This document shows, piece after piece, positions 10,500 through 23,788 of a stretch of DNA of 64,000 nucleotides. The translations under genes were made by a program, and so were the position numbers. Position 1 is the stretch's first letter, and every line of letters starts with the position of its first letter. Under the pieces are notes generated by a model. It was not told the DNA's origin, ran no database searches, and saw only the letters and a list, made by a program, of their open reading frames with translations. Origin of the DNA: Eledone cirrhosa (taxonomy: Eukaryota); contig OZ024757.1 in NCBI GenBank assembly GCA_964016885.1, positions 5,828,001 through 5,892,000 of the forward strand. The letters run 5' to 3'.

Positions 10500-13400
10500 G
10501 TGGGTAAAAACAATGCTATAAACCTCTCTGGGTGGGAAATGACATAGGGCTGGGTGGAGTAGGAATTATGTTAGCAGAGAAATGGGTAGATAAGGTAATT
10601 GCCATAAATAGAGTTAACAACAGAATAATTAAAATAAGACTAGTTCTAAATAGAACAACAATGACAATAATATCCACTTATGTACCCCAATCTGGTCTAC
10701 CTGACGTAATAAAAGACAGGTTCTATGATTTGCTAATGTTCACTTCCTCCCAAATAAACCTCAGTGACTGCATAATTATTGCTGGTGACCTAAAAGGTCA
10801 CATAGGACAACATAGTGATGGCTATGATGGAATCCATGGAGGCTATGGGTTTGGTACTAGAAATGAGGAAGGCTTCAGGATCCTGGAATTTTGTGACACT
10901 AATAACCTATCTGTAACACAAACTTCAAAAATGAGAAAACCACTTGATCACCTGTAGATCAGGGGAATATGCCAGCCAGATATATTATATCCTTACTAGA
11001 AGGTGTGACTGTGTCTGTTGTAAACACTAAATCCCTCCCCCGTGAAGAATGCACCTCCCAACATAGCCTAGTAGTTAGTTACCTCACAGTCAGGAATAGA
11101 GGTACTCGACGACAGAGGAGGCCTACCTTAAGGAGAAGAGTATGGAAGTTGAAGGACCCCATAGCCAGTGACAAATTTAAAAGCTTATTGATGCCTTTGA
11201 CAATAAGGAAGAGCAATTAGAGACGTGCAATATAGAGGAACAGTGGGACTTCTTGAAAGTTAACCTGCTGCAGGCGACAGATGAAATCTGTGGCTGGAGC
11301 AGACCTAAAGGCAGGTGGAGAGTAACTTGGAAGTGGAACAGTAAGGTGGAGGAGTCAATCAAGGTCAGAAAGAAGGCTTGGAAAGTATGGGGGAAGTAGA
11401 GAACACTATCATGTGGCCAGGAGAGAAGCTAGGAGACAAGTGTACTCTGCAAGAAGGGAAGCAGAGAATAGAAAGTTCAAGCATGTTCTACAACGTGAGG
11501 TGTTCAGGATCGCAAAAGAAAGTGTCAAGGAAAACCGTGATATTGTTGGGGAGAAGTGTGTCTGTAATGATGATGGTGTACTTGCCCTCACTGATACTGA
11601 TAAGAAGGTAGCTTGGAAGTGTCACTACGAGGGACTACTAAAAGAGGAGAATAAATGAGAAAAAAGATAGTCTACCCCAAATCGATCCAATAGAGGGACC
11701 AGCAGTGCAAGTTAATGGTAGTATAGTAAGTAAGGCAATCAAAGATATGAAGACGGGCAAGGCAGCTGGGATTTGGAGATAGTTGTTGAGATGTTGAAAG
11801 CATCTGGAATGGTGGGACATACTATGGACACCCAGGTCACAGAAAGAGTTATAGCACAACTAATCAGAGACCAAATAGATCTAGATGAAATGTAGTTTGG
11901 GTTCGTGCCAGGTAAAAGTACCACAGATGCTATTTTCTTTGTTCAGCAACTACAGAAGTACCTAGCTAAAAGTAAACCCCTTATATTTAGCTTTTGTTGA
12001 CTTGGAGAAAGCCTTTGACAGAGTCCCCCGCTCCATTATCTGGTGGGCCCTTAGAAATGTAAGAGTAGATGAATGGCTTGTGAGAGCTAGACAAGCCATG
12101 TATAAAGAAACAGTCAGTAAGGTTAGAATTAACAATGAACATAGTGTAGAATTTAGTGTAAAAGTAGGTGTTCAGCAAGGCCCCATCCTTAGCTTCCTCC
12201 TGTTTATTATTGCCCTACAAGCTATAACAGAGGGGTTTAAGACCAGCTGCCCACGGGAACTTCTATATTCAGATGATCTAACTCTCCTAGCCAAATCTAT
12301 GGCTGAACTACAGAAGAAATTCCCAAAATGGAGGCATAGCCTTGAATCAAAAGGCCTTAAAGTTAACTTGTCTAAGACTAAAGGTCTAGTATGTAGAAAA
12401 GAAAATAGGGCACTGGTGCCATGCTCTGTGTGTAGGAAAGGAGTAGGTAGAAATTCCATTCTATGTCCCAAATGCAAACTATGGGTACATAAAAGATGTA
12501 GTGAGATCACAGGTAAGCTATCTAAGAATGTAGATTTTATATGTGGCCGATGCTCAGGTGAAATAAGCAGCAAGTACCCACAGGATACTAGAACCTTCTA
12601 CTGCCCAGATGGTTCTATAGAAATAGTGGACACTTTCTGTTGCCTGGATGACAAAATCAGCAGTGGAGGAGGGTGTTCTGAAAGTGTAGTAGTCAGAGTT
12701 AGAACGGGATGGAGAAAGTTCAGAGAGCTAATACTGCTGCTAGACACAAACATTTCTCTCTAAAAATGAAAGGCTGATTGTATGATGCCTGTATACGAAC
12801 AGCAATGTTACATGGCAGTGAGACATGGGCATTGTGTGCAGAGGACCTGCACAGATTGGAAAGGAATGAGGCATGCATGCTACATTGGACGTGTAATTGT
12901 AATATACATGAAAGGCAAAACATAATCGAACTAAGTGAGAATTAGGCATAAGAGGGATCAGATGCTGTTTACTTGAGAGAAGATTACATTGGTATGGTCA
13001 TGTGATGCGAATGAAAGATGACAGCTTTATAAAAATGTGCAGGGTGATCAAAATTGATGGAAGTTACGGAGTAGGTAGACCCAGAAAAAACTGGGACGAC
13101 ATAAAATCCAACCTTGCACACTTACACCTCTCTTAGACAATGTCACTGGATCGAGATATATGGTGCCACACAGTAACAGAGAAGACCTGCCTTCCCTATG
13201 TGTAAAGTTAACCTACAGTCAGTAGGCCCCTCCTAACCAAATATACACCCAACCCATACACCCTACTCCATGCTCGCACTCCCACCAACACCACCCTGTC
13301 TCTGTAAAGTTATGTTGGTGCTACAACATCCAGTCCAAGCTAAAGGGGTCGTGTAGGTGTCATCACGAAAAGGCTCCCAGTCCACTCTGGAAATGTGGTT

Positions 13401-13531
13401 GGTGTTAGGAAGGGCATCCAGCTGTAGAAAACCTGCCAGATACAGTCCTATACGAGCGAGACACGGTCACCCGATCATTTCCTATCTAACCCATGCTAGC
13501 GTGGAAGATGGACATTAAACGATGATGATGA
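10500..13531 (+). pseudogene. Decayed RTE-clade LINE (APE endonuclease + RT)
   Basis: GVGIML, IIAGDLKGHIG, GFGTRNEEG, DLEKAFDRVP, VGVQQGPILS and LLYSDDL motifs. Many stops and frameshifts, an internal deletion near 11830, and a (gat)n tail. Confidence 0.93.
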
Positions 13532-14145
13532 ATTGTATTAATATATATACATACATAATAATACAAGGACGAATAGTTACTGCTTCATTACATTTATTGG
13601 TTGGTGACACATGTTTCACTATTGATCAGCTCAAGGTTTGATCTGTATCAATACAGATCAAACCTTGAGCTGATCAATAACGAAACATGTGTCACCAACC
13701 AATAAAAGTAATGAAGGTGTAACCTTTTGTCCTTGTATTATTCTATTACACTCTGTCTAGCTCCACACTTCACTACAGACGTGAACCTAAAGATGGAGTG
13801 CTCACCCAGGTGAACCTACAGTAACTCCGTGTTACACTCCCTGGATATATACATATATATAATGTGGGTAATATTAAATATTATCCAATTACAAGTATGA
13901 CAATAGCTCAATGTAAAACAACAAATATAATACAGAGGTGAAATATAATTTATTAATAACATTTTTTGTATTAATTTTTTTATAAATTTTAATAATATTC
14001 AGCTTTTTACTCTACATCGATTAATTATTTTATTGTATTTGCTAATATATTATTGTAAAGTTATTATTAATAATTTTAAAAATAATTCTCTAGTTGTATA
14101 ATCATTAGCCCTAATATTTATTATTGTTATTATTACACCTTGACT

Positions 14146-14310
14146 AGGGCAGTGGATTGGTAGAGGGTCGGACACCGTGCTTTGCAGCATAGAGTTACGG
14201 CCCTTTACGGTCTGAGTTGAAATCCTGCCGATGATAACTTTGCCATTGATAAAATAAATTACCAGTAATGCACTGGGGTAATTGCCGGCCTTGTGCCAAA
14301 ATTAGAAACA
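14146..14310 (+). mobile_element. SINE copy
   Basis: Same head, B box and tail (ggccttgtgccaaaattagaaac), flanked by attattaca on both sides. Confidence 0.8.
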
Positions 14311-14458
14311 ATTATTACATTTGAAGTATAACAGATTATCTATATACTTAAGACTGAAAGATGTAGTTGAACTTTTTATTATAAATATATTAAAAATATA
14401 TTTTGAAGATGTATTTTTACATTCTTAAATTTATATTTGATCCATGCACTAGCTTTAG

Positions 14459-16672
14459 TCATCATCATCATCATTTTATGACCGCTTTTCTCTGCTTGCA
14501 AGGGTGGGACGGGTCCTATTCAGCACAGCATCACTCCCCTTGTCACGGTCCTTCGTCATCTCCTCCGTGTGTTTCAGTGATCTGAGGTCTGCTCTCACCA
14601 CCTCCACCCATGTTTTTCGTGGTCTTCCTCTATTGTGTCTTCTTTCTACCGGGATTTCTTGGCACTTCTTTACCCAGTGGTCATCCTCCATGTTCATCAC
14701 ATGTCCATACCATCTCAGTCTTCTCTCCCGCACACCACAACTTATCCCTCTTATATCCAGTTTCTTTCTCAACTCGTCTATGCTTGGTCGTTCACGCATA
14801 TTGACATTGCACATCCAACAGAGCATGCTCGCTTCATTTCTCTGCAGCCATCACATATTCTCTGTACTTGCTGTCCATGTCTCACTACCATGCAGCATTG
14901 CACATCTCACACAGGCATCATATAACCGGCCTTTCGTATGCAGGGAGAAACCCTTACTTGTGAACAGAGGAAGCAGCTCCCTAAACTTCTTCCAACCCGT
15001 CCTTATTCTAGATACTATGGCCTCGGAACACTCTCCTCCCATGCTAATCTGATCACCTAGGTACCGGAAGCTATCAACCACTTCTATAGAGCCATATGCA
15101 TTGGAAAAATGTGTCTATCACTGTGATTACTACAGTCAACTTTCCCTGTACATCTACTGCATACATAGTTTTCCATACCTGTTAGTTTACCTGCTATCCC
15201 ACTACATCTCTTGTGTACCCAAGATCCGCATTACGTAGATTTTATAGAATTTATGCCAGTTCCTTTTCTACATATCGAACATGGCCATTTCCCTGATGTA
15301 ATCAGAGTATTGTCCTCTCTGTCCTTCTATGTTCACTCTCAGTCCTCTTGCTTCCAACTGCTGTTTCCATAGCCAGATTTTATTCTCTAGCTCCTCTACT
15401 GATTCTGCTATAAGAACCAGATCATCAGCATAGAGAAGTTCCCATGGGTATCCAGTCTTAAACTCCTCTGTTATGGCTTGGAGGACTATAATAAACAAGA
15501 GCGGGCTGAGGACCGAACACTGATGTACACCTACTTGTATCTGGAACTCCTCACTAGACTCCATTCCTACCCTCAATTTACTGACAGCACCCCCTGAACA
15601 CAGCTTGCACTGTCCTCAGAAGCCATTCCTCTACACCTAGTTTCCTTAGGGACCACCAAATGACAGATTGGGGTACCCTATCAAAGGCCTTCTCTAAGTC
15701 AACAAAAGCTAAGTATAGTGACTTATTCTTCTCTAAGAACCTCTCTTGTAGTTGTCTCACTAAGAAGAGGGCATGTTGTACTTTTCTGAGGCACAAAACC
15801 AAACTGCATCTAATCTAATTTGACCCTTTCTCTAATTAGTTGCACTAATATTCTCTCTGCCACTTTCATAACCTGATCCATCAGCTTTATGCCCATATAA
15901 TTGCTCCTCTACAGAGCATCCCCTTTACCTTTGTACCAATTTATGAGAATACTGCAGCACCAGTCTTTGGGTATGACACCACCATATATAGCTTGATTGA
16001 TGATGTGTACAACCAGTTTAGTGCCTACTTTTCCTGATGCCTTCAGCATCTCAGCAACTATCCCGGACGGTCCAGCTGCCTTACCATTTTTCATTTCCTT
16101 AATTGCCTCTTGTACCCTATATTGGCCAATCTCAATAGCTGGTCCCTCTGTCGGGTTTACTGGGGATAGTTTCCCTCTCTCCCATTCATTCTCCACATTC
16201 ATCAGCCTCTCATGATGACATTTCCAGGCCTCCTATTTTTGATAAGTCGTAACACTAAGTACACCGTCATCATTCCGGACACACTTATCTCCAACATCAT
16301 CCTGATTTACACTGACACACTGCCTTGCAATGTGGAACACCGCACGCCTCTGATCTTCCCATCACAGAACATTGGCAAACCTCCTACTCTCAGCCTCCGT
16401 GCGTGCTAAGTACACCTGACGTCTAGCTTCTTTCTTAGCGGCCGTATATCCTATTCCACTCCCACCATTTTTCCAAGGCTTCCATGCTAGTCTTTTGTCT
16501 CTAATGGCCTTATCTACCGTGTTGTCCCACCACCAGGTCACTCTCTGTCTGGTCGGAGCTCTGCTCCAGCCACAAGTTTCTTCAGTAGCCTGCAGTAAGT
16601 TGTCACGTAAGAATTTCCAGTTATCATCTATGTCATACAACTCTAAAACGTCTTCTTTCTCGTCATACACAT
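14459..16672 (-). pseudogene. Decayed, 5'-truncated RTE-clade LINE of a second subfamily
   Basis: KAAGPSG, FVDLEKAFDRVP, LLYADDL, FRYLGD, RLRWYGHV and RGRPRKTW motifs, with a (gat)n tail at 14459-14475. Confidence 0.93.
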
Positions 16673-17079
16673 CTTGAAGGGCTTAAGAGATTTAATATTC
16701 TTAAGATTTAGATGTTTAAACTAATTTTAGTCAATTAAATGTGTTGTTTGTTTTGCTTGTATTCACTTCTTTAAAAACAAACCACAGTGCTGCTACCACG
16801 GTTGTTATGGCTACCTCCCACCACTCCTCTCTCTATCAATGGCAGCAGACGACCAAGAAAAATATATTAAAATATTATAAATATATCGTATAATATCCTT
16901 ACAGCTGGCTTATTTTATCTAACTTTGTCTTGTTTATCTCATTCTGTTCTTTATAAACCCATTTATAACATTTTATTAGGTTTTCTCAACGTAAACATCG
17001 GCGGTTGTCCCCTCTCTCTATATCTTATACTCCCTCTCTCTGTATATCATACTCTCTCTCTCTCTCTCTCCATTATAAC

Positions 17080-17450
17080 ATGTTAGAAATAACAGCCAAA
17101 TCTCTCGTAAAACATAAACCTCAATGCCTTAGAACCTGCTAAAAATAGCAGTCAAACCTCCCTCCCACGCTCATCACTACCATAGAACCTACTAGAAACA
17201 GCAGCTAATTCATTATTATTCCTTGTCTTCAAGAGGATGCAGGAAATAGCAACTAACTTGATGAAGAAAATATCAGAAATAACAACTAGATCTTCCTTAA
17301 ATAAAACACACACGTGGTCCTTGTAAAATGCTAGAAATACCAGTCAAATAACGTAACCAGATAACTTTTAATATAATAGTAACAAAAAAAATGTGCTTCA
17401 AAGTATAACTAAAAATGCTAGAAAAAGCAGCTAAATCTACTCAAACATCT
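17080..17450. repeat. Degenerate tandem repeat anchored on tagaaatarcagcyaaat
   Basis: About seven spaced copies of the anchor. Confidence 0.6.
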
Positions 17451-17719
17451 ACTCGTCTTCTTAAAGTATCCTCTAATCGTATATTTTAATCTCGTCTCAA
17501 GAATCGTAATCTACGTATTTTGCTACATCTACTGTATAAGTCCCGTCTGTAAAGTATTATAACTTGTGTATTGTTCACTCGATCTCGCTAACATTTTACA
17601 CATTGCCAAAGGAGGATACGAGACGTGGCAATAACAACTATTTATTGCATAATTGTTACTTTCAAAGTGATTATCGCCATTTTTCTAATCCTTGTGTGAC
17701 TTTGTGTTAAAAAATCTCC

Positions 17720-18105
17720 AGAGAGAGAGATAGATAGATAGAGAGAGAGAAGGCTGTGTGAGAGGGGAAATAAAGAGAGAGAGAGAGAGAATGCTGTGTG
17801 AGAGGGGAAAGAGAGAGAGAGAGAGAGAGAATGCTGTGTGAGAGGGGAAAGAGAGAGAGAGAAGACTGTGTGAGAGGGGAAAGAGAGAGAGAGAGAGAGA
17901 AGGCTGAGTGAGAGCAGAAAGAGAGAGAGAGAATGTCTATAGGAGGGAAACAGAGACAGAAAGAAAGAGATAAAAAAGGAAGAGGGAGAGAGAGTGAGAG
18001 AAGGGACTGGCAAAAAAGAGAGAGAAAGAAGAGGTTGTGTGAGAGGGGAAAGAAAGAGAAAGAAGGGGTTGTATGAGAGGGGAAAGAGAGAGAGGGTGAG
18101 AGAGT
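17720..18105. repeat. GA-rich minisatellite (ctgtgtgagaggggaaa(ga)n)
   Basis: The unit recurs at least 6 times. Confidence 0.8.
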
Positions 18106-18223
18106 AAGTAACCACGTGAGAAGAGAAGCAGACGACAATAGAAAATATTAAACACGATATTAGAAAAATATTTTTGTAAACATGACAATATTTTATATAT
18201 ACATACATGTATAGATAAATACT

Positions 18224-18261
<38 letters not shown>

Positions 18262-18386
18262 ATATATTCATACATGCATAGATAAATACATACACACATA
18301 TATATATATATTTTTTATATATTCATACATGCATAGATAAATACATATATATATATATATATCCATGCATATAGATAAATACATAG

Positions 18387-18468
<82 letters not shown>

Positions 18469-18751
18469 GCATAGATAAATACATACACATATATATGTGA
18501 GCATTTTAAGTTTTTCCAAATCAAACGGTGAGTATTTTAAACTTTATTTTATCATGAGTTAAGGCTTTATTGATTCTTCCCTGGATTTCACTAAATTCTG
18601 TGGAGGAATCTATTTCTTGATTCTCTTTCAGTTGAGTTTCAATTATTTTTCCCACATCTTACCTTAACTATATTCCCCATCTTGACTCTATAGTCACTTA
18701 TATATTATGGAATACTGTTGGCTTCTTGCTACGATGTTTTCTATACCTTTC

Positions 18752-18809
<58 letters not shown>

Positions 18810-19116
18810 TATAATATATATATATAGTTACGTATATATATAATATATATATATATAGTTACGTATATATATAATATATATATATATAGTATATAATATA
18901 TATATAGTTACAGACACACAATTATACATACGTAACTATATTCTTCGTTTTGAATAATATATATCTGTTAGAACACGAAAAGTGTGAAACAACAGAATGT
19001 TCACTTTGCGTGTTCTAACATATATGCCTAACATCTTCATAAATTTTTCGGGGATAGCCGTGGTGGTGGTGATCGTATGTCATTGGCTAATTTTCAACCA
19101 ATCAGAGTAAGTGTTG

Positions 19117-19191
<75 letters not shown>

Positions 19192-19689
19192 TATTCCCCC
19201 TCTCTCTATATATATCTTACGCTTTCGCTTTACACTCCTCCCCTTCAATAACACATTTCCCCCTCTCTATATATCTCTTCCACTGTTACTTACGCCTGTT
19301 TCTCTCTATCTGTTCCGTCTCTATATATATCTCTCTTACTCTTTCGCTTTGCACTCCTCCCCTTCAATACCATCTCTCCCCCTCTCTATATATTTGTTAC
19401 TCTATCGCTGCACGCTCCTCTCCTTCAATATATCAATTACACACGCTTTACACTCCTTTATCCCCAGCGCCCCTATATATACACCCCCTCCCGCATCTAT
19501 ATTTTAATGTACCGTTGCACCGTGAATATATGTGTCTATATATATATACATATATATTGTATATACACATTCATGTATGTGTATACACACTCATGTATGT
19601 ATATACACTGGTTTTATGTGTGTATTGTAAATTTGTACTGTTAAAACACGAAACTAACATTCGATTGACACTTTGATTACCTGTACAGG

Positions 19690-19745
19690 CAATAGTTATT
19701 AGAATGCTGTTGAAGTGTGTATATATTTTTGGGGGACATCCTGTA
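19690..19745 (-). mobile_element. Tc1/mariner-like TIR remnant
   Basis: The minus strand reads TA-CAGGATGTCCCCCAAAA. No partner was found. Confidence 0.45.
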
Positions 19746-20516
19746 TATACACACATTATATATAATACAATAAACAGATAAATACACACATATATATATG
19801 AGCTTATTTAATTATAAATATTGTGAATTTTTAACTCAGTTCAATTATATATATAAATGGCTTCTACAGGACTAGAACTGTTTCATTCGAAAGAAATCAT
19901 CATAATATTGAGAGGGGGGACTAGATAAAATATTTCAAATCAAATGTGTATAAGTTATAAGTTAAAATGTATAAATAGAGACGATAGTGGAGGTATATCT
20001 GTTTAGTGGAACAGTAGACGATAGAATTAAATACAGACGAGAATCTCCCTTTAATGAAACAGCAGACGATAGAATTAAGGCAATTTAAATTTTAAGCATT
20101 TGCATTTCATCGTTACGGGGTCGATAAAATAAAGTACCAGTAATACACTGTCACTATAAGTAGACGACTTTCAAATTGAATTGTTGGTTCCATTTCTTTA
20201 GTATTTTCAATTGTAGTTATCTACTTAAAAAGCGTTACACGGTTAGAGACATAATTGGTAAGTTATATCTTCCCTATTAAACCATTGCATTATTTCGCCT
20301 ACAATATAACAAAAATGAAATGTTCTTTAAAGAAACAGGAATATAACTTTATAAAAAAAAAAGTTGCATCCGCTTCTTTAATCATTGATAATTTTTTCGT
20401 TTTAATATTAATTGTTTTTTGTAGTTGTTTATATTAAAAATCTTACTGTAATATTTACTTAAACGAAGGCAGACATCTAAACTTATAGATTAATCTTGAG
20501 CGAAGGACTAGATAAA

Positions 20517-20587
<71 letters not shown>

Positions 20588-20885
20588 GAAGAATGATAAC
20601 ATTTCAAGCAAAGAGTTTAATTAGGTAATGACTTACAAATTTGTTTCAGTATATATTTAATATAATATTAATATATTTTGTAATATTATTAACTAATTAT
20701 TATAATTAGCGCTTCAGGCTTTGTCTATATACTGAAACAAATTTGTAAGTCATTACCTAATTAAACTCTTTGCTTGAAATTTTATCACTCTTCGTTTTGA
20801 ATTTCTCCTAAGTATTCAATACTCTGTTGAGAAATACATTTTACATAAACAGTCTTTGTACCATTTATACGGTATTAATTACTTA

Positions 20886-20920
<35 letters not shown>

Positions 20921-20994
20921 CGTATGATTAGAACTGTGTTTATTATTAATATTTTAATGGATTTAATGAAAAATTTTAGGTGTTCATATATATA

Positions 20995-21060
20995 TTCTAA
21001 AACTGCGCGAAATCGTGAATCCGCGATAGTTGAACCGCCAAGTAGCGAGGTATCACTGTA
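20995..21060 (-). mobile_element. Tigger/pogo-like MITE terminus
   Basis: The minus strand reads TA-CAGTGATACCTCGCTACTTGGCGGTTCAACTATCGCGGATTCACG. Confidence 0.55.
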
Positions 21061-21086
21061 TATATGTTTAAATATATAGTGTAGCT

Positions 21087-21551
21087 GTGATGTATCTCGC
21101 GAGTGAATCGAGACCTGTCACTGATTTTGGTGTCCCCACTGCCGATGTGAATGAGCAACGCTGCACTTGTGAATTGGGTCTTGATGTTGCAGGCAGTTCA
21201 TATACTTACAATGATGCGGTCCCACAAGCTTGTTCACATTCCTGTGCTAATAATCTAGATGGGCGTATTAAATTGGATGTGAAAGCAGCTTACCGGATGC
21301 GGAATCGGGAGAAGTTGAGACAAAAACAGGCCGATTATAGAGCTGTGAATTTTGCTAAATTAACACAAAAACAGGCCAAGTATAGATGTTCAAAACGGTA
21401 TGAGTTGGCAAACAAGCAGGCCAAGTATAGATCTGCAAATTCAGCTATTATATCTCAAAAGCAAGCCGAGCGTAGAGCTTCTAAACGTACCGAGTTGGCT
21501 AAAGAGCAGACCGAGTACAGATCTGCAAATATCTTATTGCACAAACAATAA
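21087..21551 (+). other. Coding-like fragment with 15-aa K/R/Q-rich helical repeats, probably TE or virus derived
   Basis: Five to six 45-bp units of the form KQAxYR...; GC content is higher than the flanks, and there is an in-frame ATG at 21090. Confidence 0.45.
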
Positions 21552-21574
21552 TTCTGCACAAATGTTGCTCCATT

Positions 21575-21757
21575 ATTTTGGCAGTATTGGTAGAGGGTCG
21601 GATGCCATGCTTTCCAGCATAGTTACGTCCCTTTACGATCTGAGTTCAAATCCTGCCGAGGTTGACTTTGCCTTTCATCCTTACGGGGTAGATAAAATAA
21701 AGTACCAGTAATGCACTGGGTAATTGCTGGCCTTGTGCCTAAAGTAGAAACAATTAT
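21575..21757 (+). mobile_element. SINE copy
   Basis: A/B boxes, core and tail match 1480..1669. Confidence 0.85.
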
Positions 21758-21939
21758 TAGATCTAATGTTGCAACGATACAGTTAAATGTTGTCTGTGTA
21801 TTTTAAAAAAGATTTGCTTATAATCTTTTCAAATTTCATTACGCCAATGATTCAAGCTCAAATTGACATTATCTAAAAAATTGTACAAACAGCGGTGGAT
21901 TAGCAGTAGTGAACAGATAAATCAGTCAATTTATTAAGA

Positions 21940-22597
21940 TTGACTTGGCATCAATCAGCAAGACCTTCATTAGCTGCTCTCCAGCCATCTATTTAAAGCT
22001 GTATACATCTATGGTACGAATACACTTGGAGTTCGCGTCATCAGTCTGGAACCCCTATCTTGCTCAGAACATTGACCTCCTGGAAACTGTTCAGAGACAT
22101 GCAACCAAGCGCATACCCTCCATCAGACACCTACCATACCCTGAATATTTTGCTTCCCTCTGGCAATGGACTTGGTAAACACCCACAAAGTTATTAACCA
22201 TCCGACCAACAACAACCCCGAACACCTTTTTGATCTCCATGTGTCTAACACGTGGACATGCCTACAAAGTCAGAAAACAACACAGCTCCCATGACTTTAG
22301 GAAATATTTCTTCATGCTCAGAGTTGCTGAAGGATGGAACAAACTTCCTGCATCAGTTGTTAGCTGATGACACACTGCATCCTTTAAAACCATCATACAT
22401 TCCGAAATACACCAAAACTACACCCGATGTCCCCCTTCCATACACATGCACATATGTGTATATCATGACTCATGCACTGTTCTTTTTTCCTGACGTTTTT
22501 ATATTACCCTATGTATTATATATGCACTTTTGATGAGTTGTAGTGCACCTCAGCATTGTACACAATATTTTCATTATTATTATCATTATTATTATTA
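21940..22597 (+). pseudogene. CR1-group LINE 3' fragment
   Basis: LYTSMVRIHLEFASSVWNPY..LETVQRHATK, TRGHAYK and F..RV..GWNKLP motifs, with an (att)n tail. Confidence 0.88.
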
Positions 22598-23065
22598 CAC
22601 TCATTGATCCATTTTGCACTAACTCTGCATCAAGCACCCTCACCTAAATATTAACCAATCAAGGATCCAATACAGCTATCTGTTGGATGAGTATTGTATA
22701 GTGCCAAAAACGAAACCAATCAGTTTAGCAGAAAATTTCCAGACAAGAAACACGCATATTTTGCTATCCTCAAACATGTTTACACATGGCATGAAATATA
22801 ACTAATCCGAGATGGCTAGGTTTCATCTTCTAACTGGATATACGAAATCCATTATGTCTTGACAACAACATGAGGTAACATTATGTTATTCACAGACACA
22901 CTTTGTACACTGTTCCATATCAGAATGTATTTCCTTCGTCACATTCACAAACAGTATTGAAAATATGTTCTTCGGCAAATAAAAATGTTTTGTTCATAAT
23001 ATTTCAACTAGCGATTGCTCTACTCCACGCACGACCACCATAAATTAATGACCAGCTCAACACAA

Positions 23066-23237
23066 GTATTGGTAGAGCGTCAGACACCATGCTTTGCAGT
23101 ATTGTTATGGTCCTTTGCATTCTAAGTTCAAATCCTGCCGAGGTTAACTTCGACTTTCATACTTACTAATTCGATAAAATAAAGTACCAGTAATGGACTG
23201 CCGTAATGGATTTGTGCCGAAAAATAGAAACACTATT
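23066..23237 (+). mobile_element. SINE copy
   Basis: ggtagagcgtcagac...gttcaaatcc...gataaaataaagtaccag. Confidence 0.8.
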
Positions 23238-23788
23238 AATGTGCAATAAGAGCAAAATATAACGACATTGCTCAATTATTTTATCTAATGTTGTAATAAC
23301 ACAAGGAAATGTTGTTTGTGTATTTTTTTTTATATTTGCTCATAGGCTTTTACAATTTCGCTCAGCCAACAACTATTAAAAAGTGAGTTGCTTAAGATAA
23401 CAATTTAATCACAAATTGTTGCTATCTTTTAATACACTCCAACAAGTCATCAAATTATGTACAATAAAAACAAATCTTATTAATTTGCTCAGGGAATATA
23501 AAGAAAATGTATATACACTGATAATTGCAATTGTATGTAAATATTTTGTTTTTGTATTGTTTATTTTATGTTTTCTATTATGTATAATATATTGATTTAA
23601 TATTGATTGTTTTTTGTAGTTGTTTATATTAAAAGTCTGAAAATATTTTTATACATCTTACACTAATATTTATAAGATAATTTATAATAACAATTACATA
23701 ATCTAATTACATTACAACGATAATTTATTATTAATATATATCCTCTTTAACTAGAGTTATTACAAGCGTTGCCTTAAAAAAATATTAA

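Noticed and set aside
14504-15052. 182-aa plus-strand ORF
   Set aside because: It is the antisense shadow of the minus-strand RTE.
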